This document shows positions 40,501 to 55,200 of a stretch of 64,000 nt of DNA, piece by piece; the stretch's first letter is position 1, and every line of letters begins with the position of its first letter. This stretch comes from Auanema rhodensis (taxonomy: Eukaryota > Animalia > Nematoda). Made by a program: the position numbers and the translations under genes. The DNA is taken from positions 2,108,001 through 2,172,000 of the forward strand of contig OZ059897.1 in NCBI GenBank assembly GCA_964057225.1. Direction: 5' to 3'. Under the pieces are notes generated by a model. The model was not told where the DNA came from, searched no databases, and saw nothing but the letters and a program-made list of their open reading frames with translations.

Positions 40501-43500
40501 AACATTGTCCATCGTCTTCGTCTTGAAAAAAGGAATCTAAAAACATCTACTTTTTGTGAAATTATTTAGAAATTTTTCGGGAAAATTTTTGTCAAAATGT
40601 TTTTGGAAGCAATGTTGAGTGTACATGGGAACTCAACATACACTAATGCATTATTTTTCAAACGATCATAACTAATTTTTGTATAGAGCGTTTCTCAATG
40701 TAGTATAGTGCATTCGATGCGGATTTTTAAGCTGCGTTGATCTGTGTTATCAGATTTGAGTTAACTTAAAAATGCACCGAGATATCAACTGATATAGGTT
40801 CACACTTATATCCTCGATTTTCACCCTGAAGAAGTAGTTTTTTCGTTGAAAAACATTGTCCATCGTCTTCGTCATGAAAAAAGGAATCTAAAAACATCTA
40901 CTTTTTAAGAAATTATATAGAAATTTTTCGGGAAAATTTTTGTCAAAATGTTTTTGGAAGCAATGTTGAGTGTACATGGGAACTCAACATACACTAATGC
41001 ATTATTTTTCAAACGATCATAACTAATTTCTGTAAATAGCGTTTCTCAATGTAGTATAGTGCATTCGATGCGGATTTTTAAGCTGCGTCGATCTGTGTTA
41101 TCAGATTTGAGTTAGCTTAAAAATGCACCGAGATATCAACTGATATATGTTCACACTTATATCCTCGATTTTCACCCTGAAGAAATGATTTTTTGGTTGA
41201 AAAACATTGTCCATCGTCTTCGTCTTGAAAAAAGGAATCTAAAAACACCTACTTCTTGTGAAATTATTTAGAAATTTTTCGGGAAAATTTTTGTCAAAAT
41301 GTTTTTGGAAGCAATGTTGAGTGTACATGGGAACTCAACATACACTAATGCATTATTTTTCAAACGATCATAACTTATTTTTGTATAGAGCGTTTCTCAA
41401 TGTAGTATAGTGCATTCGATGCGGATTTTTAAGCTGCGTCGATCTGTGTTATCAGATTTGAGTTAGCTTAAAAATGCACCGAGATATCAACTGATATATG
41501 TTCACACTTATATCCTCGATTTTCACCCTGAAGAAATGATTTTTTCGTTGAATAACATTGTCCATCGTCTTCGTCTTGAAAAAAGGAATCTAAAAACATC
41601 TACTTTTTGTGAAATTATTTAGAAATTTTTCGGGAAAATTTTTGTCAAAATGTTTTTGGAAGCAATGTTGAGTGTACATGGGAACTCAACATACACTAAT
41701 GCATTATTTTTCAAACGATCATAACTAATTTTTGTATAGAGCGTTTCTCAATGTAGTATAGTGCATTCGATGCGGATTTTTAAGCTGCGTTGATCTGTGT
41801 TATCAGATTTGAGTTAACTTAAAAATGCACCGAGATATCAACTGATATAGGTTCACACTTATATCCTCGATTTTCACCCTGAAGAAGTAGTTTTTTCGTT
41901 GAAAAACATTGTCCATCGTCTTCGTCATGAAAAAAGGAATCTAAAAACATCTACTTTTTAAGAAATTATATAGAAATTTTTCGGGAAAATTTTTGTCAAA
42001 ATGTTTTTGGAAGCAATGTTGAGTGTACATGGGAACTCAACATACACTAATGCATTATTTTTCAAACGATCATAACTAATTTTTGTAAATAGCGTTTCTC
42101 AAGGTAGTATAGTGCATTCGATGCGGATTTTTAAGCTGCGTCGATCTGTGTTATCAGATTTGAGTTAGCTTAAAAATGCACCGAGATATCAACTGATATA
42201 TGTTCACACTTATATCCTCGACTTTCACCCTGAAGAAATGATTTTTTCGTTGAATAACATTGTCCATCGTCTTCGTTTTGGAAAAAGGAATCTAAAAACA
42301 CCTACTTCTTGTGAAATTATTTAGAAATTTTTCGGGAAAATTTTTGTCAAAATGTTTTTGGAAGCAATGTTGAGTGTACATGGGAACTCAACATACACTA
42401 ATGCATTATTTTTCAAACGATCATAACTAATTTCTGTAAATAGCGTTTCTCAATGTAGTATAGTGCATTCGATGCGGATTTTTAAGCTGCGTCGATCTGT
42501 GTTATCAGATTTGAGTTAGCTTAAAAATGCACCGAGATATCAACTGATATATGTTCACACTTATATCCTCGATTTTCACCCTGAAGAAATAGTTTTTTCG
42601 TTGAAAAACATTGTCCATCGTCTTTGCCTTGAAAAAAGGAATCTAAAAACATCTACTTTTTGTGAAATTATTTAGAAATTTTTCGGGAAAATTTTTGTCA
42701 AAATGTTTTTGGAAGCAATGTTGAGTGTACATGGGAACTCAACATACACTAATGCATTATTTTTCAAACGATCATAACTTATTTTTGTATAGAGCGTTTC
42801 TCAATGTAGTATAGTGCATTCGATGCGGATTTTTAAGCTGCGTCGATCTGTGTTATCAGATTTGAGTTAGCTTAAAAATGCACCGAGATATCAACTGATA
42901 TATGTTCACACTTATATCCTCGACTTTCACCCTGAAGAAATGATTTTTTCGTTGAATAACATTGTCCATCGTCTTCGTTTTGGAAAAAGGAATCTAAAAA
43001 CATCTACTTTTTGTGAAATTATTTAGAAATTTTTCGGGAAAATTTTTGTCAAAATGTTTTTGGAAGCAATGTTGAGTGTACATGGGAACTCAACATACAC
43101 TAATGCATTATTTTTCAAACGATCATAACTTATTTTTGTATAGAGCGTTTCTCAATGTAGTATAGTGCATTCGATGCGGATTTTTAAGCTGCGTCGATCT
43201 GTGTTATCAGATTTGAGTTAGCTTAAAAATGCACCGAGATATCAACTGATATATGTTCACACTTATATCCTCGATTTTCACCCTGAAGAAATGATTTTTT
43301 CGTTGAATAACATTGTCCATCGTCTCTGTCTTGAAAAAAGGAATCTAAAAACATCTACTTTTTGTGAAATTATTTAGAAATTTTTCGGGAAAATTTTTGT
43401 CAAAATGTTTTTGGAAGCAATGTTGAGTGTACATGGGAACTCAACATACACTAATGCATTATTTTTCAAACGATCATAACTAATTTTTGTATAGAGCGTT

Positions 43501-46500
43501 TCTTAATGTAGTATAGTGCATTCGATGCGGATTTTTAAGCTGCGTTGATCTGTGTTATCAGATTTGAGTTAACTTAAAAATGCACCGAGATATCAACTGA
43601 TATAGGTTCACGCTTATATCCTCGATTTTCACCCTGAAGAAGTAGTTTTTTCGTTGAAAAACATTGTCCATCGTCTTCGTCATGAAAAAAGGAATCTAAA
43701 AATATCTACTTTTTAAGAAATTATATAGAAATTTTTCAGGAAAATTTTTGTCAAAATGTTTTTGGAAGCAATGTTGAGTGTACATGTGAACTCAACATAC
43801 ACTAATGCATTATTTTTCAAACGATCATAACTTATTTTTGTATAGAGCGTTTCTCAATGTAGTATAGTGCATTCCATGCGGATTTTTAAGCTGCGTCGAT
43901 CTGTGTTATCAGATTTGAGTTAGCTTAAAAATGCACCGAGATATCAACTGATATATGTTCACACTTATATCCTCGATTTTCACCCTGAAGAAATGATTTT
44001 TTCGTTGAATAACATTGTCCATCGTCTCTGTCTTGAAAAAAGGAATCTAAAAACATCTACTTTTTGTGAAATTATTTAGAAATTTTTCGGGAAAATTTTT
44101 GTCAAAATGTTTTTGGAAGCAATGTTGAGTGTACATGGGAACTCAACATACACTAATGCATTATTTTTCAAACGATCATAACTAATTTTTGTATAGAGCG
44201 TTTCTCAATGTAGTATAGTGCATTCGATGCGGATTTTTAAGCTGCGTTGATCTGTGTTATCAGATTTGAGTTAACTTAAAAATGCACCGAGATATCAACT
44301 GATATAGGTTCACACTTATATCCTCGATTTTCACCCTGAAGAAGTAGTTTTTTCGTTGAAAAACATTGTTCATCGTCTTCGTCATGAAAAAAGGAATCTA
44401 AAAATATCTACTTTTTAAGAAATTATATAGAAATTTTTCGGGAAAATTTTTGTCAAAATGTTTTTGGAAGCAATGTTGAGTGTACATGGGAACTCAACAT
44501 ACACTAATGCATTATTTTTCAAACGATCATAACTTATTTTTGTATAGAGCGTTTCTCAATGTAGTATAGTGCATTCGATGCGGATTTTTAAGTTGCGTTG
44601 ATCTGTGTTATCAGATTTGAGTTAGCTTAAAAATGCACCGAGATATCAACTGATTTATGTTCACACTTATATCCTCGATTTTCACCCTGAAGAAATGATT
44701 TTTTCGTTGAATAACATTGTCCATCATCTTCGTCTTGAAAAAAGGAATCCAAAAACATCTACTTTTTGTGAAATTATTTAGAAATTTTTCGGGAAAATTT
44801 TTGTCAAAATGTTTTTGGAAGCAATGTTGAGTGTACATGGGAACTCAACATACACTAATGCATTATTTTTCAAACGATCATAACTTATTTTTGTATAGAG
44901 CGTTTCTCAATGTGGTATAGTGCATTCGATGCGGATTTTTAAGCTGCGTCGATCTGTGTTATCAGATTTGAGTTAGCTTAAAAATGCACCGAGATATCAA
45001 CTGATATATGTTCACACTTATATCCTCGACTTTCACCCTGAAGAAATGATTTTTTCGTTGAATAACATTGTCCATCGTCTTCGTCTTGAAAAAAGGAATC
45101 TAAAAACATCTACTTTTTGTGAAATTATTTAGAAATTTTTCGGGAAAATTTTTGTCAAAATGTTTTTGGAAGCAATGTTGAGTGTACATGGGAACTCAAC
45201 ATACACTAATGCATTATTTTTCAAACGATCATAACTAATTTTTGTAAATAGCGTTTCTCAAGGTAGTATAGTGCATTCGATGCGGATTTTTAAGCTGCGT
45301 CGATCTGTGTTATCAGATTTGAGCTAGCTTAAAAATGCACCGAGATATCAACTGATATATGTTCACACTTATATCCTCGATTTTCACCCTGAAGAAATGA
45401 TTTTTTCGTTGAATAACATTGTCCATCGTCTTCGTCTTGAAAAAAGGAATCTAAAAACATCTACTTTTTGTGAAATTATTTAGAAATTTTTCGGGAAAAT
45501 TTTTGTCAAAATGTTTTTGGAAGCAATGTTGAGTGTACATGGGAACTCAACATACACTAATGCATTATTTTTCAAACGATCATAACTAATTTTTGTAAAT
45601 AGCGTTTCTCAAGGTAGTATAGTGCATTCGATGCGGATTTTTAAGCTGCGTCGATCTGTGTTATCAGATTTGAGTTAGCTTAAAAATGCACCGAGATATC
45701 AACTGATATATGTTCACACTTATATCCTCGATTTTCACCCTGAAGAAATGATTTTTTGGTTGAAAAACATTGTCCATCGTCTTCGTCTTGAAAAAAGGAA
45801 TCTAAAAACACCTACTTCTTGTGAAATTATTTAGAAATTTTTCGGGAAAATTTTTGTCAAAATGTTTTTGGAAGCAATGTTGAGTGTACATGGGAACTCA
45901 ACATACACTAATGCATTATTTTTCAAACGATCATAACTAATTTCTGTAAATAGCGTTTCTCAATGTAGTATAGTGCATTCGATGCGGATTTTTAAGCTGC
46001 GTCGATCTGTGTTATCAGATTTGAGTTAGCTTAAAAATGCACCGAGATATCAACTGATATATGTTCACACTTATATCCTCGATTTTCACCCTGAAGAAAT
46101 GATTTTTTCGTTGAATAACATGGTCCATCGTCTCTGTCTTGAAAAAAGGAATCTAAAAACATCTACTTTTTGTGAAATTATTTAGAAATTTTTCGGGGAA
46201 AATTTTTGTCAAAATGTTTTTGGAAGCAATGTTGAGTGTACATGGGAACTCAACATACACTAATGCATTATTTTTCAAACGATCATAACTAATTTTTGTA
46301 TAGAGCGTTTCTCAATGTAGTATAGTGCATTCGATGCGGATTTTTAAGCTGCGTTGATCTGTGTTATCAGATTTGAGTTAACTTAAAAATGCACCGAGAT
46401 ATCAACTGATATAGGTTCACACTTATATCCTCGATTTTCACCCTGAAGAAGTAGTTTTTTCGTTGAAAAACATTGTCCATCGTCTTCGTCATGAAAAAAG

Positions 46501-49500
46501 GAATCTAAAAACATCTACTTTTTAAGAAATTATATAGAAATTTTTCGGGAAAATTTTTGTCAAAATGTTTTTGGAAGCAATGTTGAGTGTACATGGGAAC
46601 TCAACATACACTAATGCATTATTTTTCAAACGATCATAACTTATTTTTGTATAGAGCGTTTCTCAATGTAGTATAGTGCATTCGATGCGGATTTTTAAGC
46701 TGCGTCGATCTGTGTTATCAGATTTGAGTTAGCTTAAAAATGCACCGAGATATCAACTGATATATGTTCACACTTATATCCTCGATTTTCACCCTGAAGA
46801 AATGATTTTTTGGTTGAAAAACATTGTCCATCGTCTTCGTCTTGAAAAAAGGAATCTAAAAACACCTACTTCTTGTGAAATTATTTAGAAATTTTTCGGG
46901 AAAATTTTTGTCAAAATGTTTTTGGAAGCAATGTTGAGTGTACATGGGAACTCAACATACACTAATGCATTATTTTTCAAACGATCATAACTAATTTCTG
47001 TAAATAGCGTTTCTCAATGTAGTATAGTGCATTCGATGCGGATTTTTAAGCTGCGTCGATCTGTGTTATCAGATTTGAGTTAGCTTAAAAATGCACCGAG
47101 ATATCAACTGATATATGTTCACACTTATATCCTCGATTTTCACCCTGAAGAAATGATTTTTTCGTTGAATAACATGGTCCATCGTCTCTGTCTTGAAAAA
47201 AGGAATCTAAAAACATCTACTTTTTGTGAAATTATTTAGAAATTTTTCGGGAAAATTTTTGTCAAAATGTTTTTGGAAGCAATGTTGAGTGTACATGGGA
47301 ACTCAACATACACTAATGCATTATTTTTCAAACGATCATAACTAATTTTTGTATAGAGCGTTTCTCAATGTAGTATAGTGCATTCGATGCGGATTTTTAA
47401 GCTGCGTTGATCTGTGTTATCAGATTTGAGTTAACTTAAAAATGCACCGAGATATCAACTGATATATGTTCACACTTATATCCTCGATTTTCACCCTGAA
47501 GAAATGATTTTTTCGTTGAATAACATGGTCCATCGTCTCTGTCTTGAAAAAAGGAATCTAAAAACATCTACTTTTTGTGAAATTATTTAGAAATTTTTCG
47601 GGAAAATTTTTGTCAAAATGTTTTTGGAAGCAATGTTGAGTGTACATGGGAACTCAACATACACTAATGCATTATTTTTCAAACGATCATAACTAATTTT
47701 TGTATAGAGCGTTTCTCAATGTAGTATAGTGCATTCGATGCGGATTTTTAAGCTGCGTTGATCTGTGTTATCAGATTTGAGTTAACTTAAAAATGCACCG
47801 AGATATCAACTGATATAGGTTCACACTTATATCCTCGATTTTCACCATGAAGAAGTAGTTTTTTCGTTGAAAAACATTGTCCATCGTCTTCGTCATGAAA
47901 AAAGGAATCTAAAAACATCTACTTTTTAAGAAATTATATAGAAATTTTTCGGGAAAATTTTTGTCAAAATGTTTTTGGAAGCAATGTTGAGTGTACATGT
48001 GAACTCAACATACACTAATGCATTATTTTTCAAACGATCATAACTTATTTTTGTATAGAGCGTTTCTCAATGTAGTATAGTGCATTCGATGCGGATTTTT
48101 AAGTTGCGTTGATCTGTGTTATCAGATTTGAGTTAGCTTAAAAATGCACCGAGATATCAACTGATTTATGTTCACACTTATATCCTCGATTTTCACCCTG
48201 AAGAAATGATTTTTTCGTTGAATAACATTGTCCATCATCTTCGTCTTGAAAAAAGGAATCTAAAAACATCTACTTTTTGTGAAATTATTTAGAAATTTTT
48301 CGGGAAAATTTTTGTCAAAATGTTTTTGGAAGCAATGTTGAGTGTACATGGGAACTCAACATACACTAATGCATTATTTTTCAAACGATCATAACTTATT
48401 TTTGTATAGAGCGTTTCTCAATGTAGTATAGTGCATTTGATGCGGATTTTTAAGCTGCGTCGATCTGTGTTATCAGATTTGAGTTAGCTTAAAAATGCAC
48501 CGAGATATCAACTGATATATGTTCACACTTATATCCTCGACTTTCACCCTGAAGAAATGATTTTTTCGTTGAATAACATTGTCCATCGTCTTCGTCTTGA
48601 AAAAAGGAATCTAAAAACATCTACTTTTTGCGAAATTATTTAGAAATTTTTCGGGAAAATTTTTGTCAAAATGTTTTTGGAAGCAATGTTGAGTGTACAT
48701 GGGAACTCAACATACACTAATGCATTATTTTTCAAACGATCATAACTAATTTTTGTAAATAGCGTTTCTCAAGGTAGTATAGTGCATTCGATGCGGATTT
48801 TTAAGCTGCGTCGATCTGTGTTATCAGATTTGAGCTAGCTTAAAAATGCACCGAGATATCAACTGATATATGTTCACACTTATATCCTCGATTTTCACCC
48901 TGAAGAAATGATTTTTTCGTTGAATAACATTGTCCATCGTCTTCGTCTTGAAAAAAGGAATCTAAAAACATCTACTTTTTGTGAAATTATTTAGAAATTT
49001 TTCGGGAAAATTTTTGTCAAAATGTTTTTGGAAGCAATGTTGAGTGTACATGGGAACTCAACATACACTAATGCATTATTTTTCAAACGATCATAACTAA
49101 TTTTTGTAAATAGCGTTTCTCAAGGTAGTATAGTGCATTCGATGCGGATTTTTAAGCTGTGTCGATCTGTGTTATCAGATTTGAGTTAGCTTAAAAATGC
49201 ACCGAGATATCAACTGATATATGTTCACACTTATATCCTCGATTTTCACCCTGAAGAAATGATTTTTTGGTTGAAAAACATTGTCCATCGTCTTCGTCTT
49301 GAAAAAAGGAATCTAAAAACACCTACTTCTTGTGAAATTATTTAGAAATTTTTCGGGAAAATTTTTGTCAAAATGTTTTTGGAAGCAATGTTGAGTGTAC
49401 ATGGGAACTCAACATACACTAATGCATTATTTTTCAAACGATCATAACTAATTTCTGTAAATAGCGTTTCTCAATGTAGTATAGTGCATTCGATGCGGAT

Positions 49501-51597
49501 TTTTAAGCTGCGTCGATCTGTGTTATCAGATTTGAGTAAGCTTAAAAATGCACCGAGATATCAACTGATATATGTTCACACTTATATCCTCGATTTTCAC
49601 CCTGAAGAAATAGTTTTTTCGTTGAAAAACATTGTCCATCGTCTTTGCCTTGAAAAAAGGAATCTAAAAACATCTACTTTTTGTGAAATTATTTAGAAAT
49701 TTTTCGGGAAAATTTTTGTCAAAATGTTTTTGGAAGCAATGTTGAGTGTACATGGGAACTCAACATACACTAATGCATTATTTTTCAAACGATCATAACT
49801 TATTTTTGTATAGAGCGTTTCTCAATGTAGTATAGTGCATTCGATGCGGATTTTTAAGCTGCGTCGATCTGTGTTATCAGATTTGAGTTAGCTTAAAAAT
49901 GCACCGAGATATCAACTGATATATGTTCACACTTATATCCTCGACTTTCACCCTGAAGAAATGATTTTTTCGTTGAATAACATTGTCCATCGTCTTCGTT
50001 TTGGAAAAAGGAATCTAAAAACATCTACTTTTTGTGAAATTATTTAGAAATTTTTCGGGAAAATTTTTGTCAAAATGTTTTTGGAAGCAATGTTGAGTGT
50101 ACATGGGAACTCAACATACACTAATGCATTATTTTTCAAACGATCATAACTAATTTTTGTAAATAGCGTTTCTCAAGGTAGTATAGTGCATTCGATGCGG
50201 ATTTTTAAGCTGTGTCGATCTGTGTTATCAGATTTGAGTTAGCTTAAAAATGCACCGAGATATCAACTGATATATGTTCACACTTATATCCTCGATTTTC
50301 ACCCTGAAGAAATGATTTTTTGGTTGAAAAACATTGTCCATCGTCTTCGTCTTGAAAAAAGGAATCTAAAAACACCTACTTCTTGTGAAATTATTTAGAA
50401 ATTTTTCGGGAAAATTTTTGTCAAAATGTTTTTGGAAGCAATGTTGAGTGTACATGGGAACTCAACATACACTAATGCATTATTTTTCAAACGATCATAA
50501 CTAATTTCTGTAAATAGCGTTTCTCAATGTAGTATAGTGCATTCGATGCGGATTTTTAAGCTGCGTCGATCTGTGTTATCAGATTTGAGTTAGCTTAAAA
50601 ATGCACCGAGATATCAACTGATATATGTTCACACTTATATCCTCGATTTTCACCCTGAAGAAATAGTTTTTTCGTTGAAAAACATTGTCCATCGTCTTTG
50701 CCTTGAAAAAAGGAATCTAAAAACATCTACTTTTTGTGAAATTATTTAGAAATTTTTCGGGAAAATTTTTGTCAAAATGTTTTTGGAAGCAATGTTGAGT
50801 GTACATGGGAACTCAACATACACTAATGCATTATTTTTCAAACGATCATAACTTATTTTTGTATAGAGCGTTTCTCAATGTAGTATAGTGCATTCGATGC
50901 GGATTTTTAAGCTGCGTCGATCTGTGTTATCAGATTTGAGTTAGCTTAAAAATGCACCGAGATATCAACTGATATATGTTCACACTTATATCCTCGACTT
51001 TCACCCTGAAGAAATGATTTTTTCGTTGAATAACATTGTCCATCGTCTTCGTTTTGGAAAAAGGAATCTAAAAACATCTACTTTTTGTGAAATTATTTAG
51101 AAATTTTTCGGGAAAATTTTTGTCAAAATGTTTTTGGAAGCAATGTTGAGTGTACATGGGAACTCAACATACACTAATGCATTATTTTTCAAACGATCAT
51201 AACTTATTTTTGTATAGAGCGTTTCTCAATGTAGTATAGTGCATTCGATGCGGATTTTTAAGCTGCGTCGATCTGTGTTATCAGATTTGAGTTAGCTTAA
51301 AAATGCACCGAGATATCAACTGATATATGTTCACACTTATATCCTCGATTTTCACCCTGAAGAAATGATTTTTTCGTTGAATAACATTGTCCATCGTCTC
51401 TGTCTTGAAAAAAGGAATCTAAAAACATCTACTTTTTGTGAAATTATTTAGAAATTTTTCGGGAAAATTTTTGTCAAAATGTTTTTGGAAGCAATGTTGA
51501 GTGTACATGGGAACTCAACATACACTAATGCATTATTTTTCAAACGATCATAACTAATTTTTGTATAGAGCGTTTCTCAATGTAGTATAGTGCATTC
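10531..51597. repeat. Central satellite sub-domain with F/G/H monomer types and degenerate higher-order repeat
   Basis: The F marker (ACACCTACTTCTTG) runs from the monomer at 10531 to the one at 50194. The G marker (CGTCTCTGT) spans ~13840-51400 and the H marker (GAGCTAGC) ~13030-48835. No type-D monomer was seen in this interval. Confidence 0.8.
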
Positions 51598-52299
51598 GAT
51601 GCGGATTTTTAAGCTGCGTTGATCTGTGTTATCAGATTTGAGTTAACTTAAAAATGCACCGAGATATCAACTGATATAGGTTCACACTTATATCCTCGAT
51701 TTTCACCCTGAAGAAGTAGTTTTTTCGTTGAAAAACATTGTCCATCGTCTTCGTCATGAAAAAAGGAATCTAAAAACATCTACTTTTTAAGAAATTATAT
51801 AGAAATTTTTCGGAAAAATTTTTGTCAAAATGTTTTTGGAAGCAATGTTGAGTGTACATGGGAACTCAACATACACTAATGCATTATTTTTCAAACGATC
51901 ATAACTTATTTTTGTATAGAGCGTTTCTCAATGTAGTATAGTGCATTCGATGCGGATTTTTAAGCTGCGTCGATCTGTGTTATCAGATTTGAGTTAGCTT
52001 AAAAATGCACCGAGATATGAACTGATATATGTTCACACTTATATCCTCGATTTTCACCCTGAAGAAATGATTTTTTCGTTGAATAACATTGTCCATCGTC
52101 TTCGTCTTGAAAAAAGGAATCTAAAAACATCTACTTTTTGTGAAATTATTTAGAAATTTTTCGGGAAAATTTTTGTCAAAATGTTTTTGGAAGCAAAGTT
52201 GAGTGTACATGGGAACTCAACATACACTAATGCATTATTTTTCAAACGATCATAACTAATTTTTGTAAATAGCGTTTCTCAAGGTAGTATAGTGCATTC

Positions 52300-55200
52300 G
52301 ATGCGGATTTTTAAGCTGCGTCGATCTGTGTTATCAGATTTGAGTTAGCTTAAAAATGCACCGAGATATCAACTGATATATGTTCACACTTATATCCTCG
52401 ACTTTCACCCTGAAGAAATGATTTTTTCGTTGAATAACATTGTCCATCGTCTTCGTCTTAAAAAAAGGAATCTAAAAACATCTACTTTTTGTGAAATTAT
52501 TTAGAAATTTTTCGGGAAAATTTTTGTCAAAATGTTTTTGGAAGCAATGTTGAGTGTACATGGGAACTCAACATACACTAATGCATTATTTTTCAAACGA
52601 TCATAACTAATTTTTGTATAGAGCGTTTCTCAATGTAGTATTGTGCATTCGATGCGGATTTTTAAGCTGCGTCGATCTGTGTTATCAGATTTGAGTTAGC
52701 TTAAAAATGCACCGAGATATCAACTGATATAAGTTCACACTTATATCCTCGATTTTCAAACTGAAGAATTGATTTTTTTGTTGAATAACATTGTCCATCG
52801 TCTTCGTCTTGAAAAAAGGAATCTAAAAACATCTACTTTTTGTGAAATTATCTAGAAATTTTTCGGGAAAATTTTTGTCAAAATGTTTTTGGAAGCAATG
52901 TTGAGTGTACATGGGAACTCAACATACACTAATGCATTATTTTTCAAACGATCATAACTATTTTCTGTAAATAGCGTTTCTCAATGTAGTATAGTGCATT
53001 CGATGCGGATTTTTAAGTTGCGTTGATCTGTGTTATCAGATTTGAGTTAGCTTAAAAATGCACCGAGATATCAACTGATTTATGTTCACACTTATATCCT
53101 CGATTTTCACCCTGAAGAAATAGTTTTTTCGTTGAAAAACATTGTCCATCATCTTCGTCTTGAAAAAAGGAATCTAAAAACATCTACTTTTTGTGAAATT
53201 ATTTAGAAATTTTTCGGGAAAATTTTTGTCAAAATGTTTTTGGAAGCAATGTTGAGTGTACATGGGAACTCAACATACACTAATGCATTATTTTTCAAAC
53301 GATCATAACTATTTTCTGTAAATAGCGTTTCTCAATGTAGTATAGTGCATTCGATGCGGATTTTTAAGTTGCGTTGATCTGTGTTATCAGATTTGAGTTA
53401 GCTTAAAAATGCACCGAGATATCAACTGATATATGTTCACACTTATATCCTCGACTTTCACCCTGAAGAAATGATTTTTTCGTTGAATAACATTGTCCAT
53501 CGTCTTCGTCTTAAAAAAAGGAATCTAAAAACATCTACTTTTTGTGAAATTATTTAGAAATTTTTCGGGAAAATTTTTGTCAAAATGTTTTTGGAAGCAA
53601 TGTTGAGTGTACATGGGAACTCAACATACACTAATGCATTATTTTTCAAACGATCATAACTAATTTTTGTATAGAGCGTTTCTCAATGTAGTATTGTGCA
53701 TTCGATGCGGATTTTTAAGCTGCGTCGATCTGTGTTATCAGATTTGAGTTAGCTTAAAAATGCACCGAGATATCAACTGATATAAGTTCACACTTATATC
53801 CTCGATTTTCAAACTGAAGAATTGATTTTTTTGTTGAATAACATTGTCCATCGTCTTCGTCTTGAAAAAAGGAATCTAAAAACATCTACTTTTTGTGAAA
53901 TTATCTAGAAATTTTTCGGGAAAATTTTTGTCAAAATGTTTTTGGAAGCAATGTTGAGTGTACATGGGAACTCAACATACACTAATGCATTATTTTTCAA
54001 ACGATCATAACTATTTTCTGTAAATAGCGTTTCTCAATGTAGTATAGTGCATTCGATGCGGATTTTTAAGTTGCGTTGATCTGTGTTATCAGATTTGAGT
54101 TAGCTTAAAAATGCACCGAGATATCAACTGATTTATGTTCACACTTATATCCTCGATTTTCACCCTGAAGAAATAGTTTTTTCGTTGAAAAACATTGTCC
54201 ATCATCTTCGTCTTGAAAAAAGGAATCTAAAAACATCTACTTTTTGTGAAATTATTTAGAAATTTTTCGGGAAAATTTTTGTCAAAATGTTTTTGGAAGC
54301 AATGTTGAGTGTACATGGGAACTCAACATACACTAATGCATTATTTTTCAAACGATCATAACTATTTTCTGTAAATAGCGTTTCTCAATGTAGTATAGTG
54401 CATTCGATGCGGATTTTTAAGTTGCGTTGATCTGTGTTATCAGATTTGAGTTAGCTTAAAAATGCACCGAGATATCAACTGATATATGTTCACACTTATA
54501 TCCTCGACTTTCACCCTGAAGAAATGATTTTTTCGTTGAATAACATTGTCCATCATCTTCGTCTTGAAAAAAGGAATCTAAAAACATCTACTTTTTGTGA
54601 AATTATTTAGAAATTTTTCGGGAAAATTTTTGTCAAAATGTTTTTGGAAGCAATGTTGAGTGTACATGGGAACTCAACATACACTAATGCATTATTTTTC
54701 AAACGATCATAACTAATTTTTGTATAGAGCGTTTCTCAATGTAGTATTGTGCATTCGATGCGGATTTTTAAGCTGCGTTGATCTGTGTTATCAGATTTGA
54801 GTTAACTTAAAAATGCACCGAGATATCAACTGATATAGGTTCACACTTATATCCTCGATTTTCACCCTGAAGAAGTAGTTTTTTCGTTGAAAAACATTGT
54901 CCATCGTCTTCGTCATGAAAAAAGGAATCTAAAAACATCTACTTTTTAAGAAATTATATAGAAATTTTTCGGGAAAATTTTTGTCAAAATGTTTTTGGAA
55001 GCAATGTTGAGTGTACATGGGAACTCAACATACACTAATGCATTATTTTTCAAACTATCATAACTTATTTTTGTATAGAGCGTTTCTCAATGCAGTAAAG
55101 TGCATTCGATGCGGATTTTTAAGCTGCGTCGATCTGTGTTATCAGATTTGAGTTAGCTTAAAAATGCACCGAGATATCAACTGATATATGTTCACACTTA

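Noticed and set aside
10298-49696. Nine 62-75 aa ORFs in the supplied track
   Set aside because: Each results from a single substitution removing a stop in one monomer (TAG>CAG, TAG>TAT, TAG>AAG, or minus-strand TAG>TGG). The translations are F/K/I/N-rich, as expected from A/T tracts, and resemble no protein I recognise.
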